From Octopus sinensis (lineage: Eukaryota), in assembly GCF_006345805.1 (NCBI RefSeq), contig NW_021836178.1, positions 62,001-126,000 on the forward strand: 64,000 nucleotides of DNA. Reading direction: 5' to 3'. The number at the start of each line of letters is the position of its first letter. Within the stretch, counting starts at the first letter, position 1. Below the pieces are notes generated by a model. That model saw only the letters and a program-made list of their open reading frames with translations, made no database searches and was not told the DNA's origin. The translations under genes were made by a program, and so were the position numbers. Below, piece by piece: positions 38,850 to 52,053 of the stretch.

Positions 38850-39160
38850 TGAATTAAAGAACATAATAAACTATGTCAAACATAATGAGTATCCTAAAAC
38901 GTACTTTACGACGAAAGTGTCAGAATTTAAAACTTATAAATGAAGAATTAATTCTTACACTTAATGGAAACTTTCGTACTGTTGTCTGTTCCTTTCAAGA
39001 ATCCAAAATTAATTCAATTTTAACCAAAGAACATTATATTGGACATCCTGGACTTTCAAAGATGTGCCATTTAATTTCCCAAAAATAAATTGGTATAAAT
39101 CAAAAAGTTATTCGCCATTTTATATCAACTTGTGATTCTCGCAACCATTTCAACAGTCTA
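38850..39160 (+). mobile_element. Integrase zinc-binding (H2C2) remnant truncated by a hAT insertion
   Basis: ILTKEHYIGHPGLSKMCHLI..NWY..VIRHFISTCDS. Confidence 0.6.
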
Positions 39161-39163
39161 AAG

Positions 39164-40700
39164 CAGGGGTGCGCAAGTGCGGCCGTGAGTCGATGAATGT
39201 GCGGCCTTGGTTTTTAAATGTGGCAAATGCAAGAGTTGAAGCATCCTTTAGAGTTGCTCATATCCTTGGATCTGCTGGAAAACTTTTTTCAGACGGCGAA
39301 CTTGTGAAAAGATGTATCATGGAATCAGTTAAATGCATTGATCCCGACAAGGAGCATAACTTTGAAGCAATTCCACTCTCACGTGACACAATTCAGCGCC
39401 GACAGTTTCATATTGCCAAGCATCTTAATCTATCACTCCTACAAAAATTAAATTCTCAAACTACGTTATTTTCACTTGCCATTGATGAGTCGAATGATAT
39501 ATGTGATTCTGCTCAGCTGATCATATTTATTCGTACTCTATCCTTCGATTTTGAAATACATGAGGATTTTCTATCCATGAAGTCACTACCTGGAAATGTA
39601 CGGGTCAAGATATATTTGAAATAGTTAAACAATGTTGTTTGGAATTCAAATTGGACATGACATGTCTAAGAGGAATATGCACAGATGGCGCACCAGCAAT
39701 GTTGGGTAGAAAACAAGGATTTGTTGCACGCCTAACTGAATATGTCTCAGAAGAGTATAACAATAAATCAGTTATTGGTGTACATTGTATTATTCACCAA
39801 CAAGCACTTTGGTCACAAATGAAAAAAATTGAAGATACACTTAATGAAGTAAAACAAATTATTATACATTCCTCGCCAAAAAAAATGATTCAAAATTCAT
39901 ATTTAGTTTTTCTTTGAAAATCTTATAAATATTCTAATTTCAAAAAACTTAGTAGATTAGTTGTAATTATTATTATTTAATTTTAATAAAATATTTGTTA
40001 ATTGCATTAATTTGGAAAAATTAAAAGCATGACACAATATGTTAGTATATGTCAGTGACAAAAAAAATGATTCAAAAATATTATCTATACAAATATCTTT
40101 TTTTATATGATTTAATATCTCTATTTTAGGAAAAAGCATATGGATGACTTTACAAAAGGAAAAATTATTGCTTTATATGAAACAAAAACTAAATATGAAT
40201 TTTGAATCATTTTTTTTGGCGAGGAGTGTATATATCCGAAACAATGCATTGATACATAGACAGTTTCGTACAATTCTTTCCAGTAGTGAAATATCTGCTG
40301 AAGACATTTTATACCATGCACAAGTTCGATGGCTATCACAAGGTGAAACAGCATGTCGTGTACTTGATTTACGAAAAGAAATATCAAACTTTTACTCATC
40401 AAAGTAAAAAGAGTGTCCTTTGGATTAAAAAATTTCTTAATTGACTTAGCATTTCTGGTTGATGTACTCACATATATCAATAATTTGAATATATCTTTGC
40501 AAGGTAAAGACCAAACAATTTGTCGAATGTATAAAAAAATTAACGATTTTATGGATACATGCCGCCTACTGAAGATTCACATAGAAAAAAATGAATTACT
40601 TCATTTTCAAAAAGTCAAAAATCTCATTGATGACAAAATAATTAATTATGACGATCTTACACCAAATGGGATAATATATATTGTTCGCATGTAATTGAAG
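39164..40700 (+). mobile_element. hAT transposon (GTF2IRD2/SPIN-like transposase), disrupted
   Basis: CAGGGGTGCGCAAG terminus at 39164. Motifs FSDGELVKRC, IPLSRDTIQRR, FSLAIDESND, GICTDGAPAMLG, HCIIHQQAL, VRWLSQG, LAFLVDV, LNISLQG. Confidence 0.88.
39867..40228. mobile_element. 362-bp Tc1/mariner MITE nested in the hAT transposase
   Basis: ~50-bp TIRs CA(T/C)TCCTCGCCAAAAAAAATGATTCAAAATTC with TA on both sides. Removal restores QIIIYIRNNALIHRQF. Confidence 0.85.
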
Positions 40701-41500
40701 ATATCCGCTCACACGCCGACCAGTTTCAGTTGGCAAGCATTAATTGTGCCTGTCAACCACATTCGGGCGATTGGCTAAATGCGTTACCGATCTCGTCAGC
40801 TGGCTTGTTCCTGGACAACGAATCAGTTGGCATTGGAATTTGTCTACGGCTTTGCATGAAGATTTGCCAGCCACAAAATTGTAGATGTGGAAGACTCATC
40901 GACAGGAGTGATTTACACCCTCTCTCTTGTCGCCTCAGTAAATGATGTTGTGAAGCGCCCGCTTAACGCCGCTGGATTCCCCTCAATATTAGAACCGGTA
41001 GGACTGTATCGTGGGGACGGAAAACCCCCTGATGGGTCGACTTTATTCCCGTTCAATAAGGGACTGGCACTCGTGTGGGACGTAACCTTTGTTACTCATT
41101 TTCCTCTTAATCGCATATAGACTCTGCCTCTCGGCCTGGATATCCTTCCTCTCTTGGTGAAAGAATAGAATAGTGTTTATTGACCGAAAAGAAAAAGAAA
41201 AAAAAGGAAGAAATCATCAACGCGTGTTTTCACGCTAGTTTTTCTTGTGATGCACTATAAAATTTTGTATTTATAAAAATTAAATTTGTACACAGTATTC
41301 TTATTATTATGAACTTATTTACTCTTGGTGAAACAAAGAAAATCGCGAAGTATGCTTCCTTGACCGACAGTTGTTGCTTCGTCCACCTGACTTTCGAAAC
41401 CAGTGGGGTAATTGGCCAAACTCCTCTCAGAGATTGGTTTGAGGAGAGGTCACTTCCAAAATAAGTTTTAGAAGAAAAAATATGCTCGATCGGGTCAGGA
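40700..41500 (+). mobile_element. CRE-type non-LTR retrotransposon 3' region
   Basis: SGDWLNALP, LRLCMKIC..CRCG..HPLSC zinc knuckle, LEPVGLYRGDGKPPDG..LVWDVT, KIAKY..TFETSG. Confidence 0.85.
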
Positions 41501-42099
41501 GCTTCGACAGCGTCGATTAAATAAGCTGGACTTCGAATATTTGTTTTTGTAAATAAATAGAGATTTGATAAAGTCTTTTCATTTATTTCGATATACAAAT
41601 TGTTAAAAAATTTTGATTAATTGAAATATAAAAAGATAGACTCATTTCTCGTTTCGTGGAGTACCATTTTCATAAAAATAGGTAAAAATAAGATTATATA
41701 TAAAATCCAAAAAGATTTGAATGATCAAGATTAATAAAAGATTAAATTATTGTCAAAATAAAACCAATTCATTTACAGAATACCGAATATTATAAGAAAT
41801 TCTGTAAGTCGACAATATATTTAATCACTTTAATCACTTTTAATATAAGTATAAAACATTAATATTAATATAAGAGAATAAAATTGGATTAACTGAAATG
41901 CACAAACACTCAACAATGCACGAGTAGTAACGTGGTTAGCTTATTACATTAGGTTTTCCAAATACAATTAACATAAGTAAAATAGATATTTTTTTAATAT
42001 AAGAAAATTTTTTATGACTATTTGGACACTGATTGTGGAAAATGTTAAAAATGATTACAAGACACAATAAAGTCAAACTCATTTTTATTTTAGCCAAAG

Positions 42100-43060
42100 C
42101 CGAAGAGAATTTCTGTCAAAGACAAGTTAGAGATTCCCAATGCTTTAAAAAGTAAAAATATGTCTCAAAGGGACATATTAAAAAAATTCAAGACAAGCAA
42201 AGGGACTAATTCTCGAATCAATCGAGACATATATAATTTGATGAATGTAAAGCCCTTCAGAGAGTCCCGATAATAGTGATAACAGTTGTTTTTACTTCAT
42301 TTCAAAAGTAATAATAAATATGCCTAATTTTTTATAGATTAAGAAATTATAATTTAGTAGTTTCCGCATCATTATTACAATCTACCGTTAAAAAGGACTT
42401 CAAATTTACCCGTTTTTAAATCTTTTAGTGGATGACTTGATCGTTTAAAAAATGGTATCAACTTTTTTCAAACAATTTTTGGTGGAAAAAGTCTTGCGAC
42501 ACATCGATGTTGAAAAACTATTTAAAACTTTTCAATTTTGAAAAAATCCGACTGCAAATTTTTCGTAGAATTAACTGATACTTGTGTTGTCAAAAAAATA
42601 GAGAAAGATTTATTTTTCTTCTATGTACAAATTCAATTGGTGAGAAAATGAAACTTTTGGTCATTGGAAAATAAAAGTCTCCTCGTTGTTTGATAAATTT
42701 TAATATTAAACAGCATTATATACGTCTTGGATGACAAGTAATGTTTTGAATGCATGGTTTTATGTAAAAATGCACAAATGAAAGATGATAATTGTATTAA
42801 TTTTTAATAATGCAGGATGCCATAAGGGAGATAATTATTCTAATATAAATTTTTTATATCTGCCTAAAAATATTACTTCGCTGTTTCTGCAGCTTGATCT
42901 GGGAATAATTCGCTCATTTAAAACATGTTACTGACATGAATTGGTTAAATTTATATGCTTTTTTGAAGGCGAAGAATTAATATTAAATGTTATTCGCAGT
43001 AAGTTTGGAACTATTTCTTATAATTAATGCGCTGAAAAATGGCATTTTTCAGTTTGCTCA
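42100..43060 (+). mobile_element. Degenerate pogo/Tigger transposase
   Basis: HTH-like SVKDKLEI..SQRDILKKF and DDE-like LIFNNAGCH..FLYLPKNITS..LDLGIIRSFK. Confidence 0.65.
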
Positions 43061-44069
43061 AGAGATATTAAGCGCATTCTATATCTTTAAAAAGTTAACG
43101 ATAAATCGATTAATTCAAAAGTACAAATGCGAAGATAAAAAAACAATTATTTTCCAAGACTAAAATTTTTTAATTTAAGTAATATTAGAACGATAATTTA
43201 GTTAGCATTATGTTTATGATGTATATGTAGCCTGGCGGATTGCCAAACTGTTTCCCCGGATAATGGCGATCGAGAACCGTTAGCCAGTCCGCCTCCCGAG
43301 GATTAAATAAAATTTAAAATAAACATGTTTTTAGTTTTAAACTAACAAAACGATAATTTTTTTGTTAATATCAAAAAATCCCTCTATCAAAAAGAGGTAA
43401 GACTGTACTAAACAAAATGTTTGCAACTAACGATCTTCTTCCTTTCAGTAAAGGAATTCTATTCCAGATTTAAAAACCGAATAAGAAGATGATCCCTGTG
43501 AATAACCTGCGACCTGTCATTCTACTCAATACGCTGAGAAAGCCCCTTGCTCTGGTGGTGCTTGATATTGACTGCAATGGTTACGTTGACTATGAGGGTT
43601 GTGTGATTTGTGTATCATTCAGAGTTCATATAAGTTCTCGCACAAAAAGTTGAAGTGACTAGTTTTTATTTAATACTAATTTATATCATGTGATTAATCA
43701 AATTGATTGACAACAAAAATTAAACCTGCCCTGCTTTATATCACTCAATTCTTTGTTGGCCTGATTCAAACTACTGCCAAGTCCAGCGAACAAATCCTAG
43801 GAGCCAACACATGGTCTCATTGAGGACAAAAATATTGTGGAATTCTCTTAAGATTTTGATGAGTATGAGGAAGTTCTGTTGGTGGAAAGGTGGAGCAGAT
43901 CTACGTCAACCCTTCCGTATTTGCTACTGTTGCATATAATGCTATTTGATTTATTTTTATTTGAAATTCTTATTTAAATAATTGCTCCTTTACACTTTAT
44001 TTTAATTAGGCAGTGGATATATTTAATATAATGAGCATAAAAATGAAAATATATAATTAGAGAAACCAA

Positions 44070-45240
44070 ACATTTATCAGAGAATTGCTCTATCTAGATT
44101 ATGAACTTGATTTGAAGATTTTAAACTTAATGTTTCTTTAATTGTCGAATAATACTCGACAAATCAGCTTTTTGAGCTCAGTAACAGACATTTTAACACT
44201 GACAGGGAAATCCACCAAAAACGTCTAACGCTGACAACCTTGGGAGGCGTCAAGTCAACATCCAAGAGAGGATCTAAATCCCCGTGGATCTCCTTCAGTT
44301 CGTAAAACTGATGAACGCCCGTTCTGCATTCTCTTGGTCTTAATCACTCACTCTCATCCCGTTCAAAACACGCAGACTTAGAAAGTACGAAATGCACCAA
44401 TCACTGGGAATCTTCCGCAGAATGTTCTATAAGTCATATTTTCCAGAATCAAACGTCAGTCAACGGAATCCTGAGGAGTTGAATGATCGTCAAAAACGGA
44501 AACGTGTTGAGGTGAGTTACTTGGGACCAATCCTTGGAAAGAGTGACGCAAAGGTTGATTTTTCTCCAGTCGACACTCTGCACACTCCAGGCCACGCAAA
44601 TCCACGAACAGATTTTTTCGTATTGGCAGGTATATGAGAGGGGGAACTAAATGTAAGAATTTATTCAAGTCTTCAGAGTTTGAAAGTTTGTTTCCCGCCA
44701 AATAAAGTTTCTTCAATGACGGGAAATGAAGAGATCTCTCCTCCCCTCCCACCAGTTTGTCATAGTCGTTGAGACGCAGCCATAGATTGGCAAAACTAAA
44801 CATCTGTTAACATTTGGAACATCGGGAGTTTTTTAACCAGTTCATCCAATAAAAATGAGGTTTTGCACGTGGGTAGAGTTTAAGGCAAGTTCTGTGAGGT
44901 TAGGATGAAGCGGAGTCTGAGAGATGGACTCAATGTCCGTGGCAAGTGCAGAGGGTTGATACTGAGGTCCAGGAAATGAAGTTTTAAAGACCTTATGAGA
45001 AAAAATGCGACCTAAGAGAACTAAAAAGACCCCACGTAACTCCACGAAAAAATCGAATTTCCACTCAAATCCAGATCGACGAAATGCTCGATCTAACCGA
45101 GAGAGACAAAGTCCACCAAACAACCAATCGCCCTTCCAGAAAGAAATAATCTTTTCATTTTGTCTATTTTTAATTTCCCCTGCTTACTTGGCTTTGGTGA
45201 AGTGGATAAGATGAGAACTGAATCTGAGTAGTCAAAAAAT
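44070..45240 (-). pseudogene. TBCEL: TBCEL (tubulin cofactor E-like LRR/UBL protein), disrupted
   Basis: HFVDLDLSGNSIFSW, FLDLSINPL, LTELALNST, LWLRLNDY, LKKLYLAGNKL, LNG..D*DQENAERAFI, YELKEIHGDLDPLLDVDLTP, MSVTELKKLI follow TBCEL order. In-frame stops and an apparent deletion are present. Confidence 0.72.
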
Positions 45241-45344
45241 CACAAAATCTAGCATTTATGATTAAAAAAATTAACACTTGAAATTATCAAATCTAGCATT
45301 TAAAATAGTGAAATCTATAACTTAAAATTAAAAAAGGAACTTGT

Positions 45345-46450
45345 CTAAACCGGACTCCGACGGGACCATGAAAATCGGCCGGTTTATAGAGAGATCCGGT
45401 TTATCAAGGTTTTAAAATTTATGAACATAATCTTACCAAAAGGACTTAAAGTAAGATTCTATTTTTAAGAAAATCTGTCAAAAAAGATTGTTTAAGGTTT
45501 GATTTTTTTCACAATGGCCGTGTTGTTCAGAATCATTAATTCTTTTATTGACGGAAGGAGAGAAGAATCCTCCGTGCAAACGAAGTGCTGTATATCTTCG
45601 AGCATTGAGCGAATGTCAATGCGAGTTAATTTGGCTTCGTCTGCTTTTTGCGACTCGCCATCGTCGTTAGAATCACTCGGACTCTCCGCATCTGTTGGTT
45701 TTCGAGGAAGATGCTGCTCCAAGAAGGCATTTTCCCATTCGTCGGGATTTTCTGTGGCCAACGAAGAATCGATGTTCACAAACTCCTCGTCGTTCAGGTC
45801 AGGTCTGTGTCCTGTCAATTTGAAAATAGCAGACAGAGGGAGATCGTCATCTGAGTCATCAGTATCAGTGATATTATCCATCAGCCCATGCTGCACCAAT
45901 CCAAGTGAGGGTATCAAGGATGGTGATAGATTTTGCCATTACAGTAGAACTCAAATTTTCGTCCATCTTTGCAAGCAAGTGAGTCATCAGTTTTTTTCTG
46001 TTCCAGGAATCTAGCCACCCATTGGATGCTTTGAAATCATCAAAGCCAAGGGATTTTGCGAATGATGTTGCTTTTGCTTGAATAATAGGGCCGGATATCA
46101 TATAGTGAAGGGATCTAGCCATCTGAAACCATTCCCTAGCCCTCTGAATATGTCCAGATATTTAGTAGAGTTTTTCAGAATATCCGATACAGTGCTGGTT
46201 CCAATACCATATTTTTGGCTTAGATCTTTCTGTGTTAACTTGGATGTGGATTGATAATCTTTTATGAGTTGAACTTTGTGGTTCAGGTCGAGTTCACAAC
46301 GAGCACGTTTCATTGATATTAAGTCAAATATGAAACTTATTAACCTTTAAAATTATTATTTTTTAATTTTTAAAAATAACAGTTATTTTTAATACCTTTT
46401 TGTCCGGTTTGTACAGTGTGAAAAAAGCCGTTGGGACTTGACATTACGGC
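45345..46450 (-). mobile_element. Internally deleted Tigger/pogo element
   Basis: psq-type HTH (KVQLIKD..TQKDLSQKYGIGTSTVSDILKN), CENP-B motif ISGPIIQAKA..FKASNGWL, acidic C-terminus. The DDE domain is missing. Confidence 0.85.
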
Positions 46451-47672
46451 CGGTTTTCTTATTGGCTTATTGGCTAATTTTCGGTTCAGTCATTTTAATA
46501 ATAGATTTAAATCCATTTTTCTCCATTCTTTTATTTATATAATTTTTAATATTTGTCTTGTCATCATAAAAATGTAGTCCTCTTATATCATAATATGCAC
46601 GATTGATTGTGTAGTCGCAGCATTCCGAAATTTTAAGATCTATTATTTGTGAATAATTCTCCGTTAATTTAAGTTTAATATCTGGATTATTTACATGATG
46701 TTTAGCATTTGATACTGAAACTCCATCTGACTGAAATACGTTAACAATTTCACAAATTATTTCGAAATTCATGAAATAATATTTCGCGGAAATTTAGTGC
46801 TTTTAAATGTTGAGAAAATCAGCATTTACATTCAATGTCAATTTAAAATTTGAATTGGTTATCATAATATTAACTTTCAAATAAGTTAAGATCTTCGCTT
46901 AGTCGCCTTCTATTCTATATATACTTGGTTGATATTCCAAAACCATCGCGTCCTGATGATAAGGTATTTTCTGTAACTAGAACCGTAGGAAGAAGAGTGA
47001 AAATTCTGACAAATCTTTTCAACATGAATGCGACAACTTATCCTACAAATCTGTAGTTTTAAATTCTCTCATAAGTAAAAACATAATCAAACAGGGAGAC
47101 TACGCTTCCGAAGAAAAGTTGGCACACCATTGAAGGAGTCGGATAACATGTCGGTGGATTGCTTCAATAATTTAAAAGGGGAAGAGAATTTTAAGACTTT
47201 TTTTATTTAACCCAAGAATCACCAACAGTTAATTAGAGTAATTAAATAGGTGATTCCAACAAACATGAAGATCTTGCTCAGCTTTTCTCGATGTCGGACT
47301 CTGAACCCAACGCAAGTGGAACTAACGAAGAACAATTTTCGTAAGGAATTGAATCGGAGTGATGTGCTTCTGGTTGCTAATTGACATATGATGGTCTTTT
47401 GACAGTTGGTTTAGTTGAATGGCTAAAAACCCTTTCCATATTTCTTAATTAGGTGGTCAATCGGCCGCAGCTCGGTATAGTGTAGTCTCAATTTTAAGGG
47501 GTTGGACCATGAGAGATTAATTCCCCATGCGACGCAGGCATAGCCAATTGTCGGTTCGATGAATTGTTTATAGAGAAAGCCTTAAGACTAGTTTTGTTTG
47601 TATTAATAATAATATATTGAATGTTAATTAAAAAAGTATTAAAACCACGACTTTTGAGTAGTGTGTAATCAA

Positions 47673-49125
47673 ATGGACTCAATTGATGGTCAACTAAAAA
47701 AGCACGACTATTCTTCTGAAGTGACCGAAACAATACAAAACTCAAGAAAACTACTTCAAGTATAAAATTATAAAAAACAAACAGAGCCAATTCCCCTTAG
47801 CCGTGTCCAACCTTCTGGAACTTGAAAAGAAGTCAAGAATGGCAAACGACTCAGAATCGACAGCCCGTATATTAGTAGAAATAGCGTCAATCCACCAAAA
47901 AAGAGGGGAATGGAACGGACTGTGTGACATAATCCCCGTTTTGTGTCGAAAGAGAGCTCAATTCAAACAAGCACAACACGCCCTAATAAAAGAAGTCTTT
48001 GAATATGTGGACAAAACCTCTAATACTGAGACAAAAGTGAGACTAATCGAGACTCTGCTGCAAGTGAGTGAAGGAAAGGTTGAATAATCCCAACTTTGGC
48101 AGATCTTTGCAGAAGTGGAGAGAGCGAGGCTGACAATGATGCTGTGTAAAATAAAGCAGCAGAAGGGGGACGTTGAGGGGGCCTATGACCTTATGATTCC
48201 TGTCCAAGTGGAGACCTTCACTTCTCTCGATAAGCATGAAATGAATCTCTTCATTCTCGAACAGATGCAGCTCTGTCTTAGTCTTTGCAAATATGACAGG
48301 GCGGCCATCATCGGGAGGAAAATAGTCCCCTCCAATCTCGAACCAGTTTATTGTTGGTTTTTTGACAGACCAGGATTGGCGGTCGTTGTTTTATACATAT
48401 ATGATTTCGATTGAAAAGCACGTCTGTAACTACCTTGAGGTGGCCAAATATTATTTGGCTATTCTGGAGGCGATCCCTCAGTTGGAATGGAGAAAGGTCT
48501 CCGCTGTGGTTTAATAGGGCAGACTTTGGCCAATGCAGTGAATTACGCAATATTGGCCCCACATTGTCCCCAACAAGTCGAGGTGCTCCATCAAATCAAC
48601 TCAATCAGAAGACTTGACTTGCTTGTTGAGCATAAGTTTGTTTGGATTGTCAGTTTGTGAGGAATATTCTTCAAGTTTTTATTGAGGCTGAGATTGTTGG
48701 CTCAGAACAGTTTTTTGCAAGGTTTTCAGACCTGTTCTGGAAGGATCCTTTGTCTTCGGGTACGTTTGGGTGTGGGGACGTGGAGTTAGAGCAGTTGAGG
48801 ATTCGGATAATCGAGCATGTTGGTGTTGGTTTGAGTATTAGAGAACATGTGGGTGATAGCCAAGTCGTATGGCTGTATTACCATGTCTCGGGCTGCCCAG
48901 TTGTTGCAGTTGTCGGAGGACGAGACTGAGAAGCATTTGTCCAAGTTTGTGGTCGATGGGAGAACATGGGCGAGGATTGACCGGATTAAGAGAGTCGTCA
49001 ATTTTAGAAAAGTGGAGAAGTATGAGGAGACGTTGGACAGATTGTCATCCACAACTGAACGTCTTATGATGAATGTGTCCAAAGTTGTTCATCTCATTAA
49101 CAAGGAGGCACTCAAAGCTCTCTGA
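47673..49125 (+). CDS. PSMD12: 26S proteasome non-ATPase regulatory subunit 12 (RPN5); 6 tiny introns, apparently intact
   Basis: LLELEKKSRMAND, RKRAQFKQA, LQVSEGK|IFAEVERARLT, VQVETF, FILEQMQLCL, IIEH|NMWVIAKSY, ARIDRIKRVVNF, VHLINKE. Introns of 25, 24, 28, 26, 26 and 25 nt keep the frame. Stop TGA. Confidence 0.95.
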
Positions 49126-49340
49126 TTTTTCCTTTTTTCCTAATAATTTGGGCTGTTCTTGTAGTTGTCATTCAAATAATTAACTATTTTATGATAGGAG
49201 TTGCGTGTATTTTAACTAGTCATTTTACATGACAACTAATGCCCAATGTTGCCAGTATTCACGTAACTAAGTTGAAATATGTTTTCAGATATTTGTCAAA
49301 TTTAGAGAATAATTAGGGGTAGCCCAGGGTTGGGCTAGAG

Positions 49341-50165
49341 CAGGGGTGTCAAACTCATCTCGCTTCAAGTTTATAATAATTTTTCATTAAGGAAAGATTA
49401 TTTATTTTAGTCAAAAACCAAAAAAAAGAAATCTAAATATTTAATCACCATATTTTACTCGTGCTTAGATTTACTTACGGGTGATTGATGTCTTTTTTCC
49501 AATTCAATTTTTTGATACGTGGGTTCATTTAAAAATTCAGATTTTAATCGCTCTTTCAAATGCGAAAACATTTCATTGATATGTTCGGTAACTGCATTTC
49601 TGGTCAAAGAAATCTCTTTAAACAAATGCGAATTATCAAGCTGTTTTCACAAGACATTGTTTGATGAAATCACAATCACAATATGATTTCCCATTCATTG
49701 CAAGCATTCTGCTGATTTCATAACTTTGCAGTAACTGATGCAGTACTTCGATTGTGATTTTTTGTGAAATGAGCCTGTGACGAAATCGGATTATTTCGTA
49801 ATTCATTAAGCTTTAAAACACGCGTTGGACCTTTTAATTAATAAACAACTTGGTACCTTCGAAATAATTGTATAGTCTAGGATTGGAATTTTAATGCCTA
49901 CTTAAGTTTTATTCTTTGGTATAGGGATTAACTGGTTACATATCCAAGTATTTTTACATCAATTTTTATACAAAAATAGCGAAGTTCCCATTTTTTTGAA
50001 ACACTCTTTTCATCTTTCAAAAACCGTTTTTAGTTCCAGAAAAAATACATGACATTGTCAAAAAGATTTACAATAAACTAATTATTAAAAAAATAATTAA
50101 AAATATCTTACATATTAAAGGCTCGCAGGTTGCACACATGCAAAGGGCCAAATGTTTGACACCTT
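49341..50165. mobile_element. Non-autonomous hAT deletion derivative
   Basis: CAGGGGTGTCAAACTC left end and TTTGACACC right end at 50155-50163. Internal minus-strand DFIKQCLV..ISLTRNAVTEHI is GTF2IRD2-like. Confidence 0.7.
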
Positions 50166-50619
50166 TTAAATAGGAGAATCAAAATTATTTACATATTGAG
50201 TGATTTACTTTAATTTGATCATTATTGATTTTCAAACATAACGATGTCATTAAAACAAAATTTGGTCGTAATTAAAACTTTTTATATTTATTTGTAAAAA
50301 TTAAAAAAATCAACCCTGACCCGATTCTTACCGACAATCGCCGGGTTAAAGCCCATTGGCATCGTCACCAATTCTCAGTAATCTTCCAAACAATGTATGT
50401 GTTACGGGCAAAGTCATTATTTCGGAGAATTATGTTAATTCCCTGGCATTAATGTTAATTTAATCAAAAAAACTCGTTATTTAATCTTATTCTCTTGTTA
50501 TAAGTGTATTAGTTAGATTTAGATGTCTGGATTTGAAATTCAAGAATCTTTTTTTTATTAAAAATTTTGAAAATTAATCGAAAAAATCAAATTTTTAATA
50601 TCACTGAATATTGAAATTT

Positions 50620-50950
50620 TTTTACAGAAAATGGAGGAAATAAAAACAAAACTAACTAAAAAACTCCAAGAGAATATAAATGGCCACTTCGTTATGACGT
50701 ATTACAAATTTCAGAAATTAAAAGATTGATTGTGCCCGGATTAATGACATTTCCCGTAACATATATCCCGATCACTCAACCTCAGTCAATTTTAGAGAAT
50801 CTACCCTTGAATGAAACACCAAACGAAATGTTACTCGTTAATTGTCTACGACGTTGCAACTCGTTCAAAGTCGCAGTAGAATCAGAAATCTGTTTGGTTT
50901 TAAAAAAGTGTTATATTTTGCCCATTTTAAGTTAAGGACAGCAATCGCGA
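50620..50950 (+). mobile_element. Internally deleted Ginger2/KRBA2-like integrase gene
   Basis: N-terminal KKTPREYKWPLRYDVLQISEIKRLIVP joined to a C-terminal NCLRRCNS Cys motif, with no catalytic core. Confidence 0.45.
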
Positions 50951-52053
50951 CTTGAGTTTCCCGTGACTGAGTCTCTTTTATTTGTAATTCTATATTGCTG
51001 ACAACGAACTCAACTACTCCATGCATGTTACGTTACTCTTTGTTAAGCAATTAAAGAGTATTGAATAACCGCCTCTAATCAACTGAAAACGTATTCGTTC
51101 ATTCACAATTATTCATGTCTCCTTCTCTTTAGCTTTAAATGATCAATAAATAAAACATGATTGTAGAATTCCAACAAATCAATATCCAAATATGATTATT
51201 ACAAATATCATATAAACTGGATAGTCTTGTGAATGAGTCGATATTTAACGCAGTGTACAGAAATACACGCGACTTACACAGGCGACTAGGGTTAACTTTC
51301 AATTTTGGAGGTTTCCCCCAAAATATGTTATTAAAGCCTCAATCCTCATGTTTCTTGATAAGAATAGTGTAAACCACAATTTCGAAAATGTATTTCCAAC
51401 AATCAGTAACAACTACATCTAAATCAGGAAAACACAAACTTATAAAAAACAGAAAAAATAAATAACTTTAATCGAAGTAGGCATTATCTCACAAAACCGC
51501 TGGAGAAATTTTACAAATACGACCTGCTTGCAAACGAACATTCGGTTTTCTATAAAACAAAAGTACAGAATATTCTCGTAGTCCTGACATGTGATAAGGT
51601 TGTCTCAAAGTTCTTTAAAAATCACAGATAAGTTATCCATTGAAGAAATAACTAGGTTATGTTAAAGAGGATGATAAAGAGTATGCTTATTGAAAACAGA
51701 CATGGAATGAAGATAGACTACGAAAAGTACGCCTTTCCCGCCAAGCAACTTGCGAGAATGGCATGCAGGGTCACTCAGATAGACAAAAGTTAAAAAAAGA
51801 ACAAGGCAGTTAATAGTTTGTTCCATATACAAGCGTACGTATAGTCACAACAAATATTTGTAACTATAATTTTAATCACGTTCATTCCTCTATGAATGAC
51901 TGTTTGACTCTGACGTGGCTTAAAACGTAAACATGACTGTTTGAACTACATATTCCTATGAGACAATGGATGACCTGAATTGCCTCAATAAACTGCATAA
52001 ACACAGCCTTATCAAGAAAACAATAAAGAACAAAAACTAATAGAACTAGGTGA

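Noticed and set aside
46467-46772. 101-aa ORF, possibly a transposase C-terminus
   Set aside because: No diagnostic motif recognised, so it is left unannotated.
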